A DNA stretch of 64,000 bases from contig CAWAUV010000005.1 in assembly GCA_963785305.1 (NCBI GenBank), forward strand, positions 192,001-256,000, in the 5' to 3' direction. The notes beneath the pieces are model-generated. The model was not told the DNA's origin, made no database searches, and was given only the letters and a program-made list of their open reading frames with translations. The stretch comes from an uncultured Planctomycetaceae bacterium. Lineage in GTDB: Bacteria > Planctomycetota > Planctomycetia > Pirellulales > PALSA-1355. This document shows, one piece after another, positions 54,141-64,000 of the stretch (within the stretch, counting starts at the first letter, position 1; every line of letters begins with the position of its first letter). The position numbers and the translations under genes are program-made.

Positions 54141-56853
54141 ATGCGAATTTCGCTGGCCCTGGCGATGCTCGTCGTTGTCGCGATCGAGCGCCTGCCGCTC
54201 GCCGCGGCCGACGATCGCGCGGGCGTTGTGCATCTCCATGTTGCGCCCGACGGCCACGATTATCATTCCGGGCGGCTTTCGACGAAAAACACCGCGGGCG
54301 ACGATGGTCCGCTCGCCTCGCTGGCCGGCGTGCGCGACGCGATTCGCGCGCGTGCGCCGCCGGAGCGCCGCGGCCGATCATCGTGCATCTTGCCTCGGGC
54401 GCCTATCGCGTCGCGGAGCCGGTGGTGTTCGACTCGCGCGACGGCGGCACGGCCGAGGCGCCGCTGCGATACGAAGGTCCCGCCGATGGTTCGGCCCTCA
54501 TCAGCGGCGGACGCGAGCTGCCGCCATTTCAACTTTCCGACGATGGGCTCTGGATGACCCATGTGCCCGAAGTTGCCGCCGGCCGATGGTATTTCGAGCA
54601 GCTTTGGGTCGGCGACCGACGGGCCACGCGAGCATGCGCTCCGAACGCGTTTTTCAGCTACATGCTCGATGTCGAAGAGCGGCCGGCCGATCCGCCGGCG
54701 CCGCCGGGCGCCTTCGAACAAACGATTTCCGTCGCGCCCGGCGATATCGCCTCGCTGGCCGGACTTGCGCCCGCCGAACTCGCCGATGTGCAACTCGTGG
54801 CGTTTCACAAATGGGACAACACGCGGCGCTTCCTCAAAGCCGCCGACCCGAGCGCGGGCGTCTTGCGCATCGTCGGCGCCAAGAGCAAGCCCTGGAACCC
54901 GCTCGGGCGCGACACCGGCTATCGCCTTGAAAATTATCGCGCCGCGCTCGACTCGCCCGGCGAATGGTTCTTGGCTCGCGATGGAAAACTGCTCTATAAG
55001 CCCCGCCCTGGCGAAGCGCTAGCCACGACTCGCGCCGTGGCGCCGGTGGCGGACAAATTGCTCGTGATCGCGGGCGATGCCTCGGCTGGGCATCGAGTCG
55101 AACATCTCACTGTCGCGAATCTCACCTTCGAACATGGCCAACTGCTGACGCCGCCCGGCGGATTCGACCCGGTGCAAGCCGCCGCGTTTGCCGAAGCACT
55201 GATCACGATCGATGGCGCCCGGCAGGTGAGATTCGAAAACTGCCGCATCGCGCACTTGGGAGGCTATGGCCTCTGGCTGCGGCGCGGCTGCCAGGAGTGC
55301 GCCGTCGAGCATTGCTACTTGCATGACCTTGGCGCCGGTGGAGTGCGCATTGGCGAAACCGCCATTCCGCGAAGCCGGCCGACGAGACCGGACACAATGC
55401 GGTGGAGAACAACATCGTTCGCTCGGCGGGCCGCGTGTTTCCTTGCGCGGTGGGGGTATGGATCGGTCAGAGCAGCGATAATCGCGTGACGCACAATGAA
55501 ATCGCGGATCTGTATTACACCGGAATTTCAGCCGGCTGGACCTGGGGCTACGCCGATAATCCCGCCCAGCGAAATACGATCGACTTCAATCACATCCATC
55601 ACCTCGGCTGGGGCCTCTTGAGCGACATGGGCGGAGTGTACACGCTCGGCAAGTCACCCGGCACGACGGTGAGCAACAATGTGATCCATGATATTTCGAG
55701 CTGGTCGTATGGCGGCTGGGGCCTCTACAACGACGAGGGGTCGACCGGCATCGTGATGGAAAACAACCTCGTCTATCGCACGAAAACCGGCGGCTACCAT
55801 CAGCACTACGGCCGCGACAATCTTATTCGCAACAATATCTTCGCCTATAGCCGCGAATCGCAATTGCAGCGCACTCGCGTCGAGAAGCATCGCTCGTTTA
55901 CCTTCGAGCGCAACATCGTTTATTTCGACGCCGGCTGGCTGCTGGCCGGCGCTTGGAAGGACGAAGGCGTCGTGCTGCGTGACAATTTGTATTTCGACTC
56001 GAGCGGCCGCCCCATCGAATTCCAGCACATGAGCTTTGCCGAGTGGCAGGCCGGCGGGCGCGATCAGGGCTCGATCATCGCCGATCCAAAGTTCGTCGAC
56101 CCGGCGGCGGGCGACTTTCACTTGCGACCTGATTCGCCGGCGCTGTCGATCGGCTTTAAGCCGTTTGATATGTCGCGGGCCGGCGTCGAGGGCGACGACG
56201 CTTGGCGCCGCTTGGCAAACGACATGACATTTCCCGAATTCACGCCGCCGCCACCGACTCCGCCGCTCGCGCTCGACGATGGCTTCGAAAAAACCGCTCC
56301 GGGCAGCGCTCCGCGGTTTGCCCATGTGCATGTGAGCGGCAAAGGCGACGCGATCGTGGTGAGCAACGAACAGGCGGCCAGCGGCAGTCAGTGTCTAAAG
56401 ATTCTCGACGCCGCCGGCCCGCCGCAAGCTTTCTATCCGTTCATGGACTACGCGCCGGCCTATAAACGGGGCGTCGCCCGGGCGGGATTCGACATTCGCC
56501 TGGAGCCTGGCGCTTTCTTCAGCCACGAATGGCGCGATCAGAAAAGCCCCTACCGCGTGGGGCCATCGATCCTGTTCAAAGATGGCGAATTGCACGTGGC
56601 CGGCAAGCCGCTCGCGGCCGCGCCGCCCGGCAAATGGCTGCATGTGGCGATCGAATGCCCGCTGGGCGACGCGGCCCGAGGCCGCTGGACATTGCAAGTG
56701 ACCGAGCCCGGCGCGGCGCCGCGAACATTTGCCGATTTGCCGGTCGGATCGGCCGATTGGCGCGAGCTCGACTGGTTTGGCTTTTCGAGCCCGGCAAACG
56801 CTCCGGTGGCGGTGTGGCTCGACAATCTCACGCTAGATGCCTCCGAGCGTTAA
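54141..56853 (+). CDS. Secreted right-handed parallel beta-helix protein, possible glycoside hydrolase/lyase (frameshifts ~54355 and ~55375)
   Basis: [80 protein letters not shown]. Confidence 0.8.
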
Positions 56854-56854
56854 T

Positions 56855-56877
56855 AGCCGGTTGAAATATCCAACAGG
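56855..56877. repeat. Dispersed short palindromic repeat (exact inverted copy at 40306-40328)
   Basis: AGCCGGTTGAAATATCCAACAGG is the reverse complement of CCTGTTGGATATTTCAACCGGCT at 40306. Confidence 0.8.
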
Positions 56878-57006
56878 CTGTTAAGACGTTTTGATCGCCG
56901 GCCGGCCGAACGACGCCTTGCGGCCTCGCGGGCTCGTGGTGTTTAATCGCGGCATTGCTTCATCGCGTTTAGGATGACTCGCGTCGAAAGGAATGAGGTG
57001 ACGTTC

Positions 57007-59134
57007 ATGCAACCAAGCCCGCTCGTGTCGCCGGGGTTTTTCGGCCAGTGGACCGCTTGTTGGCAGTTGGGTTCCGTGGTCGCGGCGCTGCTTGCTCCGC
57101 TGGCCCTGGCCGCTTGGGCACAGGCCGACGAAGGGATGTGGCTGTTTAGCGCGCCGCCCACGCGGCAGCTCAAGGAGCGCTACGGCTTCGAGCCGACCGC
57201 CCAGTGGCTCGACCATTTGCAACACGCCGCCGTGCGATTCAACAGCGGCGGCTCCGGTTCATTTGTCTCGGCCGATGGGCTTGTCATCACGAACCACCAT
57301 GTCGGCGCCGACGCGCTCCAAAAGCTTTCCGACGAAAAGCACGACTATGTGAAACAAGGCTTTCACGCCGCGCGGCGCGAAGATGAAGTTCGCTGCGTGG
57401 ATCTCGAGCTCAATATGCTGGAAAGCACCGAGGATGTCACCGCGCAGCGTCGAAGCGGCGATCACTCCCGGCCTCGACGCCGCGGCGGCCCAGCTCGCCC
57501 GCCGGGCGGTGATGAACACGATCGAACAGGAGTCGCTCTCCTCCACCGGCCTGCGCAGCGACGTGGTGACGCTCTACCATGGCGGTGAATATCATCTCTA
57601 TCGCTACAAGAAATACACCGATGTGCGACTCGTGTTCGCTCCCGAGATCGGCATCGCGTTTTTTGGCGGCGATCCCGACAACTTCGAGTATCCTCGCTAC
57701 GACCTGGATATCTGTTTCTTTCGGGTCTATGAACATGGCGAGCCGGCCAAGATCAAGCATTTCTTGAAGTGGAGCGTCGAGGGGCCGAAGCAAGACGAGC
57801 TGGTGTTCGTGGCGGGAAATCCCGGCCACACCGATCGATTGAACACGGTCGATCATTTGGAATTCTTGCGCGACACGGCGTTTCCGTCGACGCTCAATCG
57901 TCTGCGGCGCGAGGAAGTGCTGCTCAAGACATTCGCCGACCGGAGCAAGGAATGCGCGCGCCGCGCGCAGGACGAGCTTTTCGGCGTGCAAAACAGCCGC
58001 AAAGCGCGTTTGGGCGGCCTCGATGGTTTGCAAGATCCGCGGCTCATGGCCACGAAGCGAGCCGCCGAACGGACACTGCGCGAGCAGGTGGCCCGGGATC
58101 CGAAGCTCGCGTTCGCCAAGGGGGCCTGGGACGATGTGGCGACCTCGATTCACGCCTGGGGCGAGGTCTATGTCGACAATGTATATCTCGAGCAAGGCGC
58201 GGCGTTTCGCAGCCAACTCTACGCGATCGCGCACGCGCTGGTGCGCATGGCCGAGGAGACACCCAAGCCCAATTCGGAGCGGCTCCGCGAATTTCGCGAG
58301 TCGAATCGCGAATCGCTCGAGCAATCGCTCTTCTCGACCGCCCCGATTTATGATGACCTGGAAATTCTCACGCTCGGCGATTCGCTCGCCATGTTCATGG
58401 AGCGGTTCGGCGCCAATCATCCGCTGGTCGTGAAAGTGCTCGATGGCAAGTCGCCTCGCGAGCGCGCCGCCGAGCTCGTGCATGGCACCCGGCTTGCCGA
58501 TGTGGCGGTTCGCAAGCAACTCGCCGCCGGCGGTGAAACGGCGATCGCGAGCTCAAGCGATGCGATGATCGAGCTCGCCCGACTGGTCGATGGCCCGGCC
58601 CGGCAAGTGCGAAAGCAGTATGAACAACGCGTCGACGAGCCGCTCCGCCAGGCCTACAACAAGATCGCGCGGGCCAAGTTCCTGATCGGCGGGCGCAATG
58701 AATATCCCGACGCCACATTCACCCTGCGACTGGCTTTCGGCACGGTGCGCGGCTACGAGCAAGGCGGCCGGCGGATTCCGGCCTGGACGACGATCGGCGG
58801 CGCCTTCGAACACGCGGCCGAGCACGACAATCAACCGCCCTTTCAGTTGCCCGCGCGTTGGCTCGAGCGCCGCGATCAGCTTGATATGGCCACGCCGCTC
58901 AATTTTGTGTCGACCGCCGACATTATCGGCGGCAATAGCGGCAGCCCGGTGGTAAATCGGGCGAATGAATTCGTGGGCATTATTTTCGATGGCAATATCG
59001 AATCGCTGGTGCTCGATTTCATGTACACCGACAAACAAGCCCGCGCCACCTCGGTGCATTCCGCGGCGATTCTCGAAGCGCTGCGAAAAGTCTACGACGC
59101 CCAGAAGCTGGTCGATGAGCTCACGGCTCCTTGA
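57007..59134 (+). CDS. S46 family dipeptidyl peptidase (frameshift ~57445)
   Basis: ADEGMW, GGSGSFVSADGLVITNHHV, FFGGDPDNFEYPR, YPDATFTLRL, DIIGGNSGSPV, IFDGN. Confidence 0.93.
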
Positions 59135-59383
59135 CAGGGTGTTGAAAAGCGCCGTCTGTTGAAATATGCCCTCGTGGTATTTTTCGACCTCGCTGGGCGC
59201 TGAACAAGGTTCGTCGAATATCGCGAGAGGGGGAGTTGTCGGATCGGCTCTTGCGAGGTCATGCATCCACCACGAATGCTTAAGACGGCGCCCAAATCGC
59301 GTCGTAGGCTTGTGAACGGCCCGATTTACGGCCTAAAATAGAACTGACGGACTTCCGTTCGTTCGTTTTCATGGGGCTTTCCG

Positions 59384-60675
59384 ATGCTTTGTTGGTTTCG
59401 ATGGTTGGCCTGGAGCGCCGCGCTGGTGATGATCGCCGGTTGCGGCGCCGCGACGCATGCGCCGCGCGAACCGGTCGCCGAAGCCGCCGCGTCGCAAGAC
59501 GAGGCGGTGGCGATTGCAACCGAGGCCATCATTTCCCGTTCGCATGGCAAGCTCGAACTGCTGAGCCCGGTCTATGAGATCGACAAGCTCTACCCATCGA
59601 TGACCGGCCCCTGGAGCCGAGCGCGGGTCTGTTTGCTCGAAACTCCCCAGCCCGAATTGCTCTGGATCACTGGTTGCCGAGTCGAGATGGTCGACGCCGA
59701 GGCCGAGGAGCCGATGTCGCCGCGGTTCATGTGCCATGTGAATCTCGATCTCGATATCGAGCAACACAAAGAGCGATTCGGCGTGAAGAGCTTTCGCGAC
59801 GAGCGTCTGTTCACGCTCTCGCAGGGGCAACTGGAAACCCATTTACCGCCGGGCTTCGGAGTGCCGATCTTTTCCGATGAGACCATCGATATTTCCACCC
59901 AAGCGCTGAATCTGAATTGGCCCGACGAAAAATTCCGCGTCCGGCATCATGTGACGGTCGAGTACACGCGGCAGTGCGATCTGGCGTCGCCCATGCGGCC
60001 GCTCTATGAAACGGGCGTCGTGGGTCTCGTGTCGCTCGAAGGGCATGAGGTGGCGTTCGACGCCAATGAGCTCACGGCCGGGCCGAAGTGTCCCTCGTGT
60101 TGCGCGCCGGCAAAAAAGCCGTGGAATGGGCCGAAGGGCTCGATCGCTACGCCCGCCGATTCAGCAACCACTGGATCGTGAAGCCGGGCCGCCATGAATA
60201 TCGCACCCGGGCCACGTCGACGCTCAATCTCACGGCCGACACCACGATTCACCATATCGCCGTGCATTTGCATCCTTGGGCCGAAAGCATTTCACTCACC
60301 GACCTCACCTCTGGGCAGGTTGTGTTCGAGAGCCACGCCAAGAACCTCGACGACTCGATTGGACTCTCCGAGGTCGACTCGCTGTCGAGCCCCACCGGCG
60401 TTCCGGTCTACCAGAACCACGAATACGAACTGCTCACGATCTACAACAACACGACCGACGTGGATCAAGACGCGATGGCCGTCATGTACGCGTATCTGCT
60501 CGATAAGGACTATCATCGACCCCATGTGGCCGGCGATCCGGTCGCGCCGGGCGGCGCCGTGGCGGCGCGTCTCGGGGTCATGGAGCCCTCGGCGGTTGGA
60601 GTTTTGCCCGGAAATAGCCCACAGGCGGCGGTTCAAACGGATCGGCCGGCCGCGCTTTCGACGCCGGTGAAGTAG
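59384..60675 (+). CDS. Hypothetical lipoprotein with copper-monooxygenase-like C-terminus (frameshift ~60105)
   Basis: Lipobox MIAGC; MCHVNLD; HHIAVHLHP; YNNTT...DAMAVM. Confidence 0.6.
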
Positions 60676-60694
60676 CCGGGGAATCTGAGCCGCG

Positions 60695-62148
60695 ATGGAT
60701 TCCGATGGGCTGGAAACTCGCGTCGTGGTTCTGCGGCGTTTCGCGGCGGCGTTTTTCTTGATCCTCATGGCGGCGACCTGGCCCCTGTGGACGCCGGAGC
60801 ACGGTTTTCCGCAAGTTCCCTTCGCCCGCTGGCTGGGGCGACTGCCCGATAGCGTCCAGTGGCTGTCGCTGGCCGCGGTGGTGGCCGCTTGGCTGGCGGC
60901 GCTCGGCGCCGCGAATTCCACGCGCCTGGCTTGGCCGAGCGCCCTCGCCGCGATTGTGTTCACCCTGGTGGCCTTGGGCTTCGATCAACATCGGGCGCAG
61001 GCGTGGGCCTATCAGATCACGTTGTCGCTCATGGCGCTTGCGTCTTGCCGGCGCCTTCGGCATTGCGCTGGCTTCGCTGGCTCACGATCAGCATCTATCT
61101 CTATTCGGCGTGGTCGAAATGCGATTGCACTTTCCTCACCTCGCTGGGACCGATGTTCGTCGCGGCGCTCGCGAAAGCGGTCGGATTTTCGCCCGACGCC
61201 GATTGGCTCTCGCGTTCGTCGCGGGCATTGGCCTTTCTGTTCCCGCTGGGTGAAATGCTCGTCGCACTCCTGTTGGCTTGGCCCACGACCCGACGAGCGG
61301 GCATCGTGCTGGCGATTCTTTCCCATGGTCTGCTGCTCGGGATTCTTGGTCCCTGGGGGCTCGATCATCGCCTTGGAGTGCTCGTTTGGAACATGTATTT
61401 CATGGTGCAAACTCCGCTAGTGATGCTTCCCGCGACCGGTCCCAGGCCCCGAAGCGCGGGGAAACCAGCGCCGATCGTGAAAACGCCGGACATGCTTCCA
61501 GCCGCCGCCCCCATTTCCACAATGCCGCGTCCCGCGCTGTGCGCCGATGCGGCCCGAGCGACTTTAGTCGCGGCGATGGTTCTTCCGCTTGGCGAATCGT
61601 GGGGGTTTTGCGATCCGTGGATGGCGTGGAGTCTTTATGCTCCGCGCGTGGCCAAGACGGAAATCTATCTCCACGACGACTACGCCCCACGGGCCGACGA
61701 AGACGCCGCCACGGGCGAAAGCGAGAGCCGAGATGCTTTTGTCGGGTTCGCCCCGCCGGAGGTCGCGCGGCCGTTTTTGACGAACCATTCGCGACAGGGC
61801 TGGCGACTTCTGCGGGCCGATCTTTGGTCGCTCAGCGCGACGCATTCGCCGATCGCGCCGCAAAGCCGCTTTCAACTAGCGGTGGCGTCGTGGCTGGCCG
61901 ATGAAATGGCCACCGCGAGCAAGGCTGAGCCGTTGTCAACGAACGGGAATGTGAAAGTCGAGCGCTGGGGGCCGGCCGATCGCTGGACCGGCGCCCGCGA
62001 GCGGCTGCCGGAGCTTATTGGTCGCGATGCGATTCGCGAGGCGACCGGCCGCCATTGGCTCCATGCGCAACCGCGCGAAACCGCTCGACCCGCGGCAAGC
62101 GCCGATGTTCACCAGCGGACGAACCGTTCGTCAAGCGACGGCGAATGA
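60695..62148 (+). CDS. Multi-pass membrane protein (HTTM/DoxX-like; frameshift ~61045)
   Basis: TWPLWTP..FPQVP, DQHRAQAWAYQ, SIYLYSAWSK, HGLLLGILGPWGLDH..GVLVWN, DPWMAWSLYAP. Confidence 0.65.
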
Positions 62149-62176
62149 GGCATTTGCGATTCGGCGGGGAGCGTCG

Positions 62177-63622
62177 TCAGAGAAACAGCCAATTGTGCAA
62201 CGCGAGGATCGGCGCGAGCACGGCGAAGCTGTACACACAGTAGCCAAAGAAGCTCGGCATCCGCACTCCGGCTTTCTCGGCGATGCTCTTGACCATGAAA
62301 TTCGGCCCATTGCCGATATAGGTCATGGCGCCCATGCACACGGCTCCGAGGCTAATGCCGGTGAGCAGCCGCGCCGCCACGGGCAGGGCGCCGGCGCGGT
62401 CGTTGGGCAGTTCCTTGGCGGCTTCGAAGAAGACCAGATACGTCGGCGCATTGTCGAGCACGCTCGAGAGCGAGCCGGTGGCCCAAAAGAATTTTTGCGG
62501 TGTGTCGATGCCGAGATTCGCACCTTCGAGCCCCAGAATATGGAGGGCTGGCTGCATGCAAATAAAAATTCCGATGAAGAGCGCTCCCACTTCGACGATC
62601 GCGAGGTAATCGAAGCTGTTGGCGTCGCGCACCCTGTGCGAGCCGAGCGAAAGCGAGAGCGCCACGAAGACAAGCTGCGTCACCTCCCGCAAATACGGCC
62701 ACGGATGCCAGCCGGAGCCCGGCAACGGTTGGCTCGAGTCGAGCAGGGCCACCGACAGAATCACACCGAGCAGCAAGATCACGTTGGGCCAGAGACCGCC
62801 GATCCGAATCGCATGGCGCCGCGTATCGTCGCGAAGCCGATCGGCCTGGGCTTCGCGCGGATAGGCATACAGGCGGTCCCAAAGAAAATAGACCGCCAGC
62901 AGCAGGCCATTGATAAATAGCCAGCTTTTCCAGAGCGAAAGGGTCCACAAAAACGGCACGCCGGCGAGATAGCCCAAAAACAGCGGCGGATCGCCGAGCG
63001 GCAGCAACAAACCGCCGCAATTGCAAACCACGAAGATAAAGAACACGGCCGTATGAGCGACATGTTTCCGCTCGCGATTCGTTTCCAAGAGCGGCCGCAC
63101 CAGCAACATCGCGGCCCCGGTGGTGCCGATCAGACTGGCCAAGAGCGCGCCCAGCGCGAGAAACGTCATGTTGACCAGCGGATGAGCCGGCAGATCGCCG
63201 GCAATTCGAATACCGCCGCTAATGGTGTACAGGCTGAACAAGAGCACCATGAACGGGATATAGTCTTCGAGCACGACATGGGCCAAAGTGTGCGCCGCGC
63301 GGCCAATGCTCGCCTCGGGCTGAAGGAACGCCAGATAGGCGAGCGTCACCAGGGCCAGGGTCATCGCCACCAGCAATTTGTTCAGATTGCGCTCCCACCA
63401 ATGGGCAGCCTGCGCGAGAAGCGGCAACACCGCGATCGCCCCCAAGAGCATGGCGAACGGCAGCACCGACCAGAAATGCGGCGCTACGTCGGCGCGGGGC
63501 GGATGCGGCAAATGCCCGACGCCGCCGACGCCGACCGCCGCGAAATACGCGAGCGCTAGGACGCCGATTCCCACCACGACCGGGCGGTGTTTATTGAGCG
63601 GCGGCGATTCATTTTCGGGCAT
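62177..63622 (-). CDS. IT-superfamily ion transporter (putative Na+/H+ antiporter / CitMHS-like)
   Basis: About 12 TMs; ASLIGTTGAAMLL, NCGGLLLPLGDPPLFLG, SSVLDNAPTY, GAMTYIGNGPNFMVK. Confidence 0.88.
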   Translation of the reverse strand: MPENESPPLNKHRPVVVGIGVLALAYFAAVGVGGVGHLPHPPRADVAPHFWSVLPFAMLLGAIAVLPLLAQAAHWWERNLNKLLVAMTLALVTLAYLAFLQPEASIGRAAHTLAHVVLEDYIPFMVLLFSLYTISGGIRIAGDLPAHPLVNMTFLALGALLASLIGTTGAAMLLVRPLLETNRERKHVAHTAVFFIFVVCNCGGLLLPLGDPPLFLGYLAGVPFLWTLSLWKSWLFINGLLLAVYFLWDRLYAYPREAQADRLRDDTRRHAIRIGGLWPNVILLLGVILSVALLDSSQPLPGSGWHPWPYLREVTQLVFVALSLSLGSHRVRDANSFDYLAIVEVGALFIGIFICMQPALHILGLEGANLGIDTPQKFFWATGSLSSVLDNAPTYLVFFEAAKELPNDRAGALPVAARLLTGISLGAVCMGAMTYIGNGPNFMVKSIAEKAGVRMPSFFGYCVYSFAVLAPILALHNWLFL

Positions 63623-63694
63623 TGTCACCAAGCATTGTCACCAAGCATTGTCACCAAGCATTGTCACCAAGCATTGTCACCAAGCATTGTCACC
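63619..63694. repeat. 13-bp tandem repeat (GCATTGTCACCAA), 5 full copies + 11 bp
   Basis: Perfect copies starting 63619, 63632, 63645, 63658, 63671, partial at 63684; overlaps the antiporter start codon. Confidence 0.95.
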
Positions 63695-64000
63695 GCGAAC
63701 AAAACCTTCCGCTGGCCGCTTCACCCGTTAAATTCGAAATTCACGATGCGGCCGTAATTCGATGGGCAGTATTGAACAATCGTCGCCGGCGCGAGTTCGC
63801 GGCCAGGACGACCCGCTTTCACGCCTTGGGCTCCCGTCGATCAACATAGCCCAGAAGGCGATGGATGAAAACACCCCGACTTGGGCGGGCCAGGCGAGTG
63901 ACCCGCCCAAGCCGTAGGGCGCACCACTGGCTAGGCGGAAGCCAGAGTACGTAAGGTTTGCGTTGGTGTGTCGTTCCGAGAAAACCAAGCAGTCACGGGC

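Noticed and set aside
63619..63694. Possible CRISPR array
   Set aside because: Units are contiguous 13-mers with no spacers, and no cas genes are present
63728..64000. 86-aa minus-strand ORF at the window end
   Set aside because: No recognisable motif and truncated context

Overview
High-GC bacterial chromosomal window, most consistent with a planctomycete (Pirellulales-like), judged from conserved planctomycete hypothetical proteins, an SHD1 protein, a triple-HlyD cluster and oleCD. Housekeeping genes present: aspS, metG, argB-argD-argF, nagB-nagA, glutaminase subunit + nadE, mqnD, rbsK, mlaE-F-D, rlmI-like, birA. Accessory modules: oleC-oleD; a GAF-HlyD / HlyD / (PqqD-like + M50 protease + HlyD) export cluster; a ynbABCD-like lipid operon; imuA-imuB behind a candidate LexA box; a circularly permuted ATP-grasp ligase; a UbiA + DprE1-like pair; a sulfatase; an S46 peptidase; a beta-helix protein. 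About two dozen genes, including essential metG and nadE, carry single-base frameshifts. These are almost certainly assembly indels, so I joined the fragments and coordinates of joined genes are approximate. Mobile and repeat DNA read directly from the sequence: an IS1202/ISNCY-type IS with a ~16-bp target duplication; a 269-bp ISL3-like MITE (8-bp TSD) holding a nested 78-bp TTAA-flanked mini-element that splits ynbC; a 30-bp CACGGAA inverted-repeat element; a dispersed palindrome family at stop codons; a REP pair; and a 13-bp tandem repeat over an antiporter start codon. No rRNA, tRNA or CRISPR array was recognised. All protein calls come from motif recognition, not database searches.
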